Source of the DNA: a virus
Lineage: Duplodnaviria; Heunggongvirae; Uroviricota; Caudoviricetes
Strand: one strand, 5' to 3'
IMG/VR virus record: IMGVR_UViG_3300050821_010761
Coordinates: 40,808-104,807 of that record
DNA: 64,000 nucleotides
Under the pieces are notes generated by a model. The model was not told the origin of the DNA. It saw only the letters and a program-made list of their open reading frames with translations, and searched no databases. Every line of letters starts with the position of its first letter. The first letter of the stretch is position 1. Shown in pieces: positions 19,834-28,382 of this stretch. Both the position numbers and the translations under genes were made by a program.

Positions 19834-20486
19834 TTGTTTTCTTCCTCCCGTCTTAAGTCAGCGTAGTGCTTAAGCACATCGCCGATGGCTTTTGCTTTTG
19901 GCGTAATTTCTATCTGGTTATCGCCTTTGCGAGTAACCGTTGCGCCGTCACTAATATTTAGTCCTATCATAGGTCCTTTGTCTTTTGGAGGCTCAGCCAT
20001 CGATTTTTGTATAAGATCGGCTATCTTGAGATAACGATCGATCTCTTTTAGACTTATTTGATCTGTAAATTCTTCATTATTAGTTTCTAGATAGCGTATG
20101 ATCTTATGACCATGTTTCTTTTGGTACATCTGGGCAAGTTGCAGGAGATGATCCTGCATGACCAATTTAGCCTCAATGATCCTTCGTTTCATATGGTCGG
20201 CTAATTCCGACATATACTCTTTTCTTCGCTCGCACCAATTCATCCTGTGAGATAAATACATGACCGTAATACGGTCTGTGCGAGTAATATTCGAAATTTG
20301 ATCATAAGTTTTGCCAGAAAGATAAAGATCCATCATCTTAGCGATCTTTTCTTCTTCAATTTTAATCATACCAGCTTCGCCATTATCGATGAATTTCTGC
20401 ACTTTTTTCATGCTTTCATCGCTAATATCCGTCATTTTTATTGGATTTACGACGATTTCTGGTAAATTATTATTTTCTTCACTCAT
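19830..20486 (-). CDS. HTH protein, possibly terminase small subunit-like
   Basis: MMDLYLSGKTYDQISNIT...NWCERRKEY HTH followed by helical oligomerisation-type region. Confidence 0.45.
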   Translation of the reverse strand: MSEENNNLPEIVVNPIKMTDISDESMKKVQKFIDNGEAGMIKIEEEKIAKMMDLYLSGKTYDQISNITRTDRITVMYLSHRMNWCERRKEYMSELADHMKRRIIEAKLVMQDHLLQLAQMYQKKHGHKIIRYLETNNEEFTDQISLKEIDRYLKIADLIQKSMAEPPKDKGPMIGLNISDGATVTRKGDNQIEITPKAKAIGDVLKHYADLRREEENK

Positions 20487-20857
20487 TCTTTGCTCTTGTA
20501 AGCCAGTTTTTCGTTGATGAATACTTCTATCACGATATCTTTCCAGAACAGCGTTCTTATACTGGCTTCCAATGCGGCAAAACGCTTTTGAATCTGATCG
20601 TTCTTGGCGTCGTCTTCTAAGGTAAGATGATAGGTGACAACGTTATTTCTTATGGGAGCATTGATAGTCAGATTAAAATCCTTATCAACCAAAGCATCAG
20701 ACTGATGTGATAAATCGTAGTCAATTTTTACTTCTTTTACGCCAAAAAAATAAATAAATGGGTAAAATTTCATGTTTTTTTCGTGCATTTCGGTGATTTT
20801 CCCTGAAATCAGCACCAGTTTCGCCATATCTTTCACTATTTTTGATTCTTCAGACAA
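20483..20857 (-). CDS. hypothetical protein
   Basis: 124-aa ORF. Confidence 0.65.
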   Translation of the reverse strand: MSEESKIVKDMAKLVLISGKITEMHEKNMKFYPFIYFFGVKEVKIDYDLSHQSDALVDKDFNLTINAPIRNNVVTYHLTLEDDAKNDQIQKRFAALEASIRTLFWKDIVIEVFINEKLAYKSKE

Positions 20858-21848
20858 TTGAATTCTCCTTCATGTAAGCAATCAATTTGTCACGATCAAA
20901 TGTGGTTTGATAGAGATTAGTCATGAAATCCTGAAAACTTTTGCCTGGATTCCTGATGGATTTGCTTACTTTGTCTGTAATTTTGGTCTTAATGCCGTAT
21001 TGACCCTTTAAAACTTTTTTTTGCTCACTGACCCACTTAACTGAACCAATCAATTCTATGGTGATCTTGCCAGTTGATGGTACTTGTGGCATATCATCAC
21101 CTTCTTTCCATTCTAGTTCGAAAATCGGTGTGACAATCCTAGAAGTGGACCAGAATTCTGTTTTGGTGATTTTTCCAGTCAAATCATCATGATGGTACAA
21201 CCATATGCCTTTGTTTTGATTCGCATCTGAAGCTGAATCCCATTTGGGCGTTCCAGGATGAATTACTTGTTTTCCGTTGGCAGTACATTCTTGATGGGCG
21301 TGAATATGTCCTGAGATGATGATATCAAAGGGGATCGGATCGGTGTCAAAACCCTCTGGATCGTAGGTACCAGATTCGAACTTGGATGTGCTAAATGACT
21401 GATGACAGACGAGAACCTTGGCGCCTTCACTAGCAAGTCCCCTGCAAATATCGTAGAACGTATCTCTGTCATGTGTGTAGGAGATGTATCCATAAATTCC
21501 TTCTGTTCTTGGATTTTGAACAATTTTCAAATTTTTACGATTTCTAGCCAAATGTCTAAAAACGTGTAAAGCGGAATAGTCTGCCGAATATTCGCCAGTC
21601 ATATCGTGATTACCAATAAGAACCACGATTTCAATATTTTCGTGAGAAGTCAAGACGTCTAACCATCCATCCCAAAACTCCAGTACCTCAAGCCTTATTA
21701 CGGCATGCGTATGGTATAAATCTCCTAAAATTTCTACCCTATCTGGTTGTATTTCTAGGATTTTATCATTGATGAAATGCATCAACTTCTCGGATTCCTC
21801 CAAGTTGTTTGGTTTAACGTGCATATCTCCAATGCGCAGAATTCTCAT
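20850..21848 (-). CDS. sbcD: SbcD/Mre11 (gp47-like) nuclease
   Basis: GDMH, LGDLYH, IGNHD, VCHQ, SGHIH, HPGTP; near sbcC. Confidence 0.9.
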   Translation of the reverse strand: MRILRIGDMHVKPNNLEESEKLMHFINDKILEIQPDRVEILGDLYHTHAVIRLEVLEFWDGWLDVLTSHENIEIVVLIGNHDMTGEYSADYSALHVFRHLARNRKNLKIVQNPRTEGIYGYISYTHDRDTFYDICRGLASEGAKVLVCHQSFSTSKFESGTYDPEGFDTDPIPFDIIISGHIHAHQECTANGKQVIHPGTPKWDSASDANQNKGIWLYHHDDLTGKITKTEFWSTSRIVTPIFELEWKEGDDMPQVPSTGKITIELIGSVKWVSEQKKVLKGQYGIKTKITDKVSKSIRNPGKSFQDFMTNLYQTTFDRDKLIAYMKENSIV

Positions 21849-22087
21849 TTGCCTCTTGGGTACTTTTGTGCTGGTTGTCTAGCGTTTTCCAATGGAATAC
21901 ATACTGATTGATCTAAAGAATCTTTCACATATGCCTCGTTTTCTGGGATTGCTAACCATTCAGAGACTTGGACCATATTTTTATGGATGCTCTTGATCAT
22001 TTCAAATTGACCATCAATACAACCTTGACGGTAGTCAGATTTTGACGCGCATGCGGAAAGCAATAGAGCGATTAGTAAATATTTCAT
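21845..22087 (-). CDS. small lipoprotein
   Basis: MKYLLIALLLSAC lipobox. Confidence 0.7.
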   Translation of the reverse strand: MKYLLIALLLSACASKSDYRQGCIDGQFEMIKSIHKNMVQVSEWLAIPENEAYVKDSLDQSVCIPLENARQPAQKYPRGK

Positions 22088-22404
22088 TTTTCCACCACGA
22101 ATTCAATATGGGCAGCGTCCACGATAATAAATTTTCCTTCAATAGCATCGCTCTCATAAACTTTGGATGCCCAAGGCTGCGTGAACAATAGTTCTTCTTT
22201 GATGTAAGCCAAGGAACCTTTACTGTATGGCACTCCACATTGTGTACCCGAGAAAACAACGGCATCCATCAAAAGTCTCAAGCCGACGATTGATGTCTTT
22301 TGTTGAACTAGGGCAAAACCCACTTCGTTTTTAGATTTCAGGGTACGGTCGCCAGAATACGGTTCAAGAATGAATCGGTTATTCAAAGAATTTGCTTGTG
22401 GCAT
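22084..22404 (-). CDS. GroES/gp31-like co-chaperonin
   Basis: SLNNRFILEP ~ PLHDRVIVKR; mobile loop GFAL ~ GIVL; KGSLAYI ~ VGDIVIF; FIIVDAAHIEFVVE ~ VLIMSESDILAIVE; 106 aa. Confidence 0.65.
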   Translation of the reverse strand: MPQANSLNNRFILEPYSGDRTLKSKNEVGFALVQQKTSIVGLRLLMDAVVFSGTQCGVPYSKGSLAYIKEELLFTQPWASKVYESDAIEGKFIIVDAAHIEFVVEK

Positions 22405-22412
22405 ATTTCTCC

Positions 22413-22613
22413 TTAAAAACTGTAACTAATGGAAAATACAATTCCATTAACGCGAATCTCATTACCAGTGATGTCGATTTCTGCTTCAAAATTGGCATCT
22501 CGCAATTCGTAGCGGATTCTTTCTAAAACGACTTCTGGAGTAACTTCGTCCGTTCTTAGTCCCACGAAAGTATGGATGGCCTCTCGTATAGTGTCTTGTT
22601 GATCTTTCGTCAT
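22413..22613 (-). CDS. hypothetical protein
   Basis: 66-aa ORF. Confidence 0.55.
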   Translation of the reverse strand: MTKDQQDTIREAIHTFVGLRTDEVTPEVVLERIRYELRDANFEAEIDITGNEIRVNGIVFSISYSF

Positions 22614-23665
22614 ATTTTTATTCCTTTAAGTTTCAATACTTTTCTATGTAAAATGGGCAAATTCTTGGCATAACCAAGCATTTCCATAGTGGATTCTCTC
22701 TCGATATACGCAGATTCCATATCTTGGGTTAAATCTTGCGTGTAGCTATAAACTCCATAGCCTTCGTCATTCACTGTAGAATCCGCACTGACTGTGCTTG
22801 CCGCACTCATTAAATCGCTCAATTCTCCTGCCTTTACCTCATATTTTGGAATGCTTTTCCCATCCTTCGCATCTTGTTGGAAGGATTTATTGATAGCATC
22901 TGCCAGTTCATTGATATCATCAATACCTTGGCGACCACGAATCGAGTTGGCTTTGTAAAGCACCCTCTTATCAGATGGATAGAAGTGTAGCATGGTTTCG
23001 GAATATGAATCTATGAGGTTGCCGACCATCCGACCTATACACACAGACCTGAAAACTGGCGTGTAACTACCGCACCATTTATCAATGCCAGCTGCAAGTC
23101 CCATACTACATATACCAATCATATCCATCAAAGTCAAGTGGCTTCTTGGTGTTTTGCGAAAAAAGAGCTTAGCACGGTTAACTGCCAATGGCATATTATT
23201 TTCTATAAGGATGGTTCTAGCTTTGTGGACACGGTCGAAAAGTTCACAAGCACGCGGTGGGAAAGGACCCAGCCAATTGTCCTTTATGAATCTAATGAGT
23301 TGATAGTTGATGTTGAATTTTTTTAATTCTTCCACATTACCAGTTTTTATGGCAGGTGTTATGGAGCCGCTGAAAGTCGTAGCGGCTTCTCTAAAATAGG
23401 GACGAGCAGATAAAATGTTCCTGTTTTGGATGCATACTTTTTGTAAAAATTTCTTATAGACTTCAGTGGACTGTCGATATTTCAAAACCGTTTCTTTGAA
23501 CTTTTTCTCAGCATCTAGTAATTCTTCTACTTGTTTCTTCTGTGATTCCGTGGATGACAATTCTTCATCGGCAGGATCCTTATTCCTGGCTAATGCCGCA
23601 GCAATTTCTCCTGCCAGTTTGTAGAAGGAATCATCGAACCCCTCCTGTTTCTTTGGTTTTGCCAT
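22610..23665 (-). CDS. sigma70-family RNA polymerase sigma factor lacking region 4.2
   Basis: Region 2: ARTILIENNMPLAVNRAK...LMDMIGICSMGLAAGIDKW...FRSVCIGRMVGNL; ends at LPILHRKVLKL (start of 4.1). Confidence 0.8.
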   Translation of the reverse strand: MAKPKKQEGFDDSFYKLAGEIAAALARNKDPADEELSSTESQKKQVEELLDAEKKFKETVLKYRQSTEVYKKFLQKVCIQNRNILSARPYFREAATTFSGSITPAIKTGNVEELKKFNINYQLIRFIKDNWLGPFPPRACELFDRVHKARTILIENNMPLAVNRAKLFFRKTPRSHLTLMDMIGICSMGLAAGIDKWCGSYTPVFRSVCIGRMVGNLIDSYSETMLHFYPSDKRVLYKANSIRGRQGIDDINELADAINKSFQQDAKDGKSIPKYEVKAGELSDLMSAASTVSADSTVNDEGYGVYSYTQDLTQDMESAYIERESTMEMLGYAKNLPILHRKVLKLKGIKI

Positions 23666-25160
23666 CTAACTGAATCCTCTTGACATCCGTGCCAGATTCA
23701 CGGTAACATAGTAGTCTTTTGGTCAACTGGTGACTCAAGACTGGTATATCACGTAAATGGAAGTCAAAGATCCTAGAAACGTCTTTTTTCACGCACTTAT
23801 CCTTGAAAGGATTCTGATCGTGGAGTCTGACGCTACGTCCCACAGCGCCCTGTTTAGTTTTAATCTCACTGCCACCGCCAACCCAGTTGAAAACATTATG
23901 AGTAGGATAAATATTTGTACCAGTAGCGATGCATGAGGTGCCAATCAGCACTAAAGCTTCGGCTTTATTGAACTTTTCTACGGCTTCGTCAGTGTCTACC
24001 TTTTTCATTCCCATGGATTCAAGTCGTATTTTGTTGGTTTCTGAATGTGCATATGCCGTCGGTACTTTTAGAAGAGGCAAGAGCATAGCGATTTGGCTCA
24101 ATTCCTCAACCAAAACGAGAGTTTGTCGTCGGTTAGCTGTCGCCTCTGCATTGGCAAGCTTTGCGATGAATGCAGCGATGTTTCGATTATTGAGGAAATG
24201 AATTCTTTTCATTACCAAAGGATCTTCATCATTGTAATTCGGATTGCTGGATTCTATGTCAATCAAGGTGAAATTGTGATTTGAAATGAATCCGCCAGCA
24301 ATGGCTTCGGCGGTCGTTAGAGTGTGGACTGTCTTGCCGATGATGCTTTGTAATAATTTCTCGGCACCATCTCCTCGTGTCTGAGTACCACTCATGAAGA
24401 AGCGGTATGGAACATCGCCAAGAATGCCATGGCAAATGTCTTCTAAGGTTTCAGCGCCCCAAGTATGGCTCTCATCAACAATCATCATATCGAGTTTACT
24501 AAAGAATTCCCATTCATCGGTACCAGGTTTTACATTACAGAGGCTATCGCCGATGCACACTGTAAATTTTTTACCGATCTTTCTTTTGCCATCACCAAAA
24601 CCACCGACTTTATCCTTGCCCAGATATTTCTCAAACGCTTTGAGGAGTTCACGAAAAATGCTCCTGGAAGGAACAACAATTGCGGCATTAAAACCAGTTT
24701 CCCGACAAAGGCTTAATATTATTGCACTTTTTCCAGCCCCCGTACACAATTCAACGTTTCCATGCTTTACTTCAATGAGCTTTTCTACACTCAATTTTTG
24801 GTATTCATGCAGTTCAAACGGAAGCTTCTGTTTCCATGCTACTTTCTTCGGAGTTGGGTAAGTTATCTTGTTTTCTATTTCGGTCGAGAGTAAATAAGGA
24901 ACAGATCCAGGTCTTATGAATGGTTTTCCGTAAGAGTCCGAAAACACTAGTGTATTTTTTACCTTGGATTTGAGAAAATCCAATTTCTTCTGCCATGCGT
25001 CATTATCTTTCCTTCTTAACAATTTGTTGTTATGATGACGTTTTACGTCGTGAGAAGCAGCAGTATTGGTATACGTCAGTTCTTTGCGTAATTCATACAA
25101 TTCGTCGCCTGATGCGTCGTGTATATAGGCTTTGGTTGGGCTAGAAATTTCAAATCGCAT
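23631..25160 (-). CDS. superfamily 2 helicase (UvsW-like)
   Basis: LHEYQ, CTGAGKS, VDESH, MSGT, TGTNI, QGAVGRSVR; start reassigned to MRFEIS (ATG 25160) behind a promoter. Confidence 0.9.
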   Translation of the reverse strand: MRFEISSPTKAYIHDASGDELYELRKELTYTNTAASHDVKRHHNNKLLRRKDNDAWQKKLDFLKSKVKNTLVFSDSYGKPFIRPGSVPYLLSTEIENKITYPTPKKVAWKQKLPFELHEYQKLSVEKLIEVKHGNVELCTGAGKSAIILSLCRETGFNAAIVVPSRSIFRELLKAFEKYLGKDKVGGFGDGKRKIGKKFTVCIGDSLCNVKPGTDEWEFFSKLDMMIVDESHTWGAETLEDICHGILGDVPYRFFMSGTQTRGDGAEKLLQSIIGKTVHTLTTAEAIAGGFISNHNFTLIDIESSNPNYNDEDPLVMKRIHFLNNRNIAAFIAKLANAEATANRRQTLVLVEELSQIAMLLPLLKVPTAYAHSETNKIRLESMGMKKVDTDEAVEKFNKAEALVLIGTSCIATGTNIYPTHNVFNWVGGGSEIKTKQGAVGRSVRLHDQNPFKDKCVKKDVSRIFDFHLRDIPVLSHQLTKRLLCYRESGTDVKRIQLDGKTKETGGVR

Positions 25161-25167
25161 AAAACGA

Positions 25168-25196
25168 TATATATCAGAAGTTGACCAAAAACACAA
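25168..25196 (-). promoter_or_regulatory. sigma70-type promoter TTGTGT-17-TATATA with extended -10, probably leaderless for the helicase
   Basis: TG-n-TATATA; ATG 7 nt downstream; no SD. Confidence 0.45.
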
Positions 25197-25210
25197 TAAT
25201 GTGATAGTGT
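25181..25210 (+). promoter_or_regulatory. sigma70-type promoter TTGACC-18-TAGTGT with extended -10
   Basis: TG-n-TAGTGT; predicted start near 25217 coincides with the first base of a closed stem. Confidence 0.5.
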
Positions 25211-25216
25211 TATTTT

Positions 25217-25292
25217 GAGACGGAGACTTAAAACGTCTGCAGCGGATAGTTGTGACATGGACAATTGCGGGATCCGCCCCGTCTCTTTTTTT
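25217..25292 (+). ncRNA. candidate small structured RNA or leader, cloverleaf-like, followed by a T7 run
   Basis: GAGACGG/CCGTCTC closing stem; AGAC/GTCT, AGTTGT/ACAATT and GCGG/CCGC hairpins. Confidence 0.45.
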
Positions 25293-25339
25293 GAAGCATG
25301 AATTAAAAGGTCTCTTTTTTAAAAAGTACAGGAGAAATA

Positions 25340-27112
25340 ATGGCTCACAGAAAAGCTAAAGATGCGCCTAAAATATTTGTATCGAATAAAGAAAAATTAA
25401 AAAATATCGTTCTAAAGACTTTAAGCGAAGCTTCTACTATAGTTTCATCTACCTTGGGACCAGGAGGGAAAAACTGTTTAATTGAATCAGACTTTCCTGG
25501 TTTAGCAAATAAAAATACGAAAGATGGCGTTACAGTATTGAAATCCTTAGGCTCTCGCGATCCGTATGAACATCTAATATTGGAACAAGTTCGTGATTCC
25601 GCAGTTAGAACAGCTACGGAAGCAGGCGACGGAACTACGACTGCAACTCTTCTTTCGTATAATATAGTATCTAATCTTTTTGCATTTTGTGAAAAAAATC
25701 CAAAATATAGTCCACAAAAAGCCACTAGGCGAATTTCTAAAGTTGTGGATTCAATTTTAATTCCCTACATTTTCAATCGTAGCATCAAAATCGACGAAAA
25801 CAACAAAGAAATGCTTCAGATGGTTGCTCAAATCAGTGCCAATGGCGATGCTGACATGGCAAACGCCGTTATCAAAGCATTTGAAGAAATTGGTTATGGA
25901 GATGCCAGCCACGTAACCATTCGAGAATTATCTGGTAAAAAAGACTACAAAGTAGAAAGAATTGATGGTTTCCCCATCCCAATCGGCTACGAAGACAGTA
26001 TTGGTAAATTGCATACTGCTTTTATTAATGACCAAGCAAACCAGCGCTGCTATCTGGAAAAACCGTTGTTTTTGTTATTTGACGGTCAGGTCAATGATCT
26101 AGTGACCATGTGGCCCATCATTTCCGAGCTTGGAACTCGTTATCAAACTGAAAAAGACGCCAAATATAAGAATCTCGTAATTGTTTCCCATGGTTTTAGC
26201 GAGAACGTGCTAACTGCATTGGCCTATAACTTCTCCGATCCAAATAGCATCAACGTCCTTCCGTTGGTGACGCCTATGGCACAATTCTTGAATTCTCAAT
26301 TGCATTTTTTACAAGATCTGTCTGCTTTCACAGGAGCTAAGATCTTTGGGATGAGCTCTCCTCTTTCCACTGCCACAATGGAAGATCTTGGCCATGGAAT
26401 GAATAGTGTTGAAGCCTATCGTTTCCGTTCCACGATTATTGGTGAACCAGAGGCTATAAACATCGAAGCACGGGCAGAAGAACTTAAAATAATGATGGAA
26501 AATGGCGAAAGTCAGGCTGAAAAAATTTGGCTTCAAGAACGATTGGGGAAAATTACTAATGGGATCGCGAAACTCACTATATTTGGTGGAAGCAACGGAG
26601 AACTCAAAGAAGCCCACGACAGGTGTGAAGACGCTGTTTGCGCGGTGCGTGCTGCTATTGGCCACGGCGCTCTACCTGGCGGCGCTCGTGTGGCTATTGA
26701 CCTAGCTCTAAAACTTAGCGAAGAGATGGAAGTCGGAGATCCTGCACGTGAAGTGCTCGTTCCAGCGCTTATGTCATTGCCTTTGCGACTGCTGGACAAT
26801 GCTGGCTATAATGCAGAAGAAACCCAGGAAGTGCTTGGTAAATTGATACAAGATCCGAGTTTGGTATATGATATCGAAAACCAGAAATTCGGAAAAGCTG
26901 AGGAATTAGGGCTATTTGACGCTACTAAAGCTGTGAGTGAATCTTTATCAAATGCGGTAAGTATCGCTACTGTGTTGGGCACAATGGGCGGAATGGTTTG
27001 TCACCCTCGCGATGATGTATTTGAGCGCTCCGAGGCTACGGCTGACAGCGAATTCATGAAAACGGTGGAAAACCCACATCAGTTCGTAAACGAAGCCAAC
27101 GAGAGGGCATAA
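25340..27112 (+). CDS. groEL: GroEL-like chaperonin
   Basis: TLGPGGKN, TKDGVTV, GDGTTTAT, PGGA, FDATKAV. Confidence 0.93.
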   Translation: MAHRKAKDAPKIFVSNKEKLKNIVLKTLSEASTIVSSTLGPGGKNCLIESDFPGLANKNTKDGVTVLKSLGSRDPYEHLILEQVRDSAVRTATEAGDGTTTATLLSYNIVSNLFAFCEKNPKYSPQKATRRISKVVDSILIPYIFNRSIKIDENNKEMLQMVAQISANGDADMANAVIKAFEEIGYGDASHVTIRELSGKKDYKVERIDGFPIPIGYEDSIGKLHTAFINDQANQRCYLEKPLFLLFDGQVNDLVTMWPIISELGTRYQTEKDAKYKNLVIVSHGFSENVLTALAYNFSDPNSINVLPLVTPMAQFLNSQLHFLQDLSAFTGAKIFGMSSPLSTATMEDLGHGMNSVEAYRFRSTIIGEPEAINIEARAEELKIMMENGESQAEKIWLQERLGKITNGIAKLTIFGGSNGELKEAHDRCEDAVCAVRAAIGHGALPGGARVAIDLALKLSEEMEVGDPAREVLVPALMSLPLRLLDNAGYNAEETQEVLGKLIQDPSLVYDIENQKFGKAEELGLFDATKAVSESLSNAVSIATVLGTMGGMVCHPRDDVFERSEATADSEFMKTVENPHQFVNEANERA

Positions 27113-27384
27113 TGGTCGTTACACAGATGGACATCGAAGAAAGGGCCGTGGAATACATGACTAACAACTATCCTAGAAAACCTAGGTTTGTCCTCCTAGA
27201 TCCAGAATCGTATAAGGCTTTTAACAAAATTTGCTTCGCGAAAGAGCGCATACTGGACGCAAATGGTAACATCCAAGTTCAGCCCAAGACCCCATACCGC
27301 ATTGAAAAAATCCACTGCACTGACTGCGAATTGCGAATCCTTGAAGTGGATACTGATAAAGAAATTTTTGAAGTTGTAGGATAA
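27112..27384 (+). CDS. hypothetical protein
   Basis: 90-aa ORF overlapping the groEL stop (TAATG). Confidence 0.65.
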   Translation: MVVTQMDIEERAVEYMTNNYPRKPRFVLLDPESYKAFNKICFAKERILDANGNIQVQPKTPYRIEKIHCTDCELRILEVDTDKEIFEVVG

Positions 27385-27385
27385 C

Positions 27386-27544
27386 ATGAAACCCTACGGA
27401 CAAAAACACGCTAGTAAAATCTGTTCATGTGTTATGTGTGGTAAACAGAAAAAGGACGCCGTCAAAAAACGTGCTAGGCGTAATGGTAAAAAAGAAGAAA
27501 CGGATGCAATCAAAAAAGTAAAAATATCGAAAAATGGAAAATAA
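27386..27544 (+). CDS. small basic Cys-containing protein (52 aa, not in ORF track)
   Basis: MKPYGQKHASKICSCVMCGKQKKDAVKKRARRNGKKE... Confidence 0.55.
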   Translation: MKPYGQKHASKICSCVMCGKQKKDAVKKRARRNGKKEETDAIKKVKISKNGK

Positions 27545-28382
27545 AATATTTAAGCATTTTTTAAATGCCAATAAATATCAGTACAAAACGGAATTTGCCA
27601 GAAAAAGTCCTGGTTCTTATCAATTTTTATTAAAAAATAAAATGTTAGACGAAGCGTGTAAGCATATGCCTAATCGTAAAGATAGAAAGATAATTCTTAC
27701 CTACGAAATCGTAAAGTCAATAGCATTAAAATATTCAATTAGATCTAAATTTTCAGAAATGGACGGTTCTGCATATAATAAGGCATTAGAACTTGGAATT
27801 TTAGATGAAATATGTGCTCATATGCCAATAAACGCGAATGCAGGAAAGCATGCCGACAATTTTAAATGGACGGATGACGCTTTGTTGTTAGTAGCAAAAC
27901 AGTATGCTACAAGAACAGAGCTAAAGATGGGTAGTTCTGGAGCATATGACGCCATGGTTAAATCTGGAACTATCGAAAAATATTGCTCTCACATGAAATT
28001 GTCCAAAAACACTTCTTCTTTCGAAAAAGAGCTTTTTGAAATTATTAATAACGTATATCCAAATTCTAGAAAATACTATGATAGGAAAGTCAAAATAAAT
28101 AAAAAACATTACATTAAAGGATTTCAAATAGATATTTACGTAGATGAATTGAAAAAGGGCATAGAATTTGATGGCAAATATTATCATTCTTTTGAATTTA
28201 TGAGAAAAGATCCTAAAAAGGTTATGTGGACTGACGACGATATAAAAAATTATCACAAGTTAAAAGACGAATGGTTTAAATCCAAAGGCATACAAATTTT
28301 GCATATAAAAGAAGTGGAATGGTTAAAAGATAAAAATAAATGCGTCAAAAAATGTTTTGATTTTTTATTGGACAATACGTAA
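27534..28382 (+). CDS. free-standing homing endonuclease-like protein (PD-(D/E)xK/Vsr-like)
   Basis: Three N-terminal repeats (KYxxRxEF/L...GSxxAY); C-terminal QIDIYVDELKKGIEFDGKYYH; AT-rich; abuts terL. Confidence 0.75.
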   Translation: MENKIFKHFLNANKYQYKTEFARKSPGSYQFLLKNKMLDEACKHMPNRKDRKIILTYEIVKSIALKYSIRSKFSEMDGSAYNKALELGILDEICAHMPINANAGKHADNFKWTDDALLLVAKQYATRTELKMGSSGAYDAMVKSGTIEKYCSHMKLSKNTSSFEKELFEIINNVYPNSRKYYDRKVKINKKHYIKGFQIDIYVDELKKGIEFDGKYYHSFEFMRKDPKKVMWTDDDIKNYHKLKDEWFKSKGIQILHIKEVEWLKDKNKCVKKCFDFLLDNT

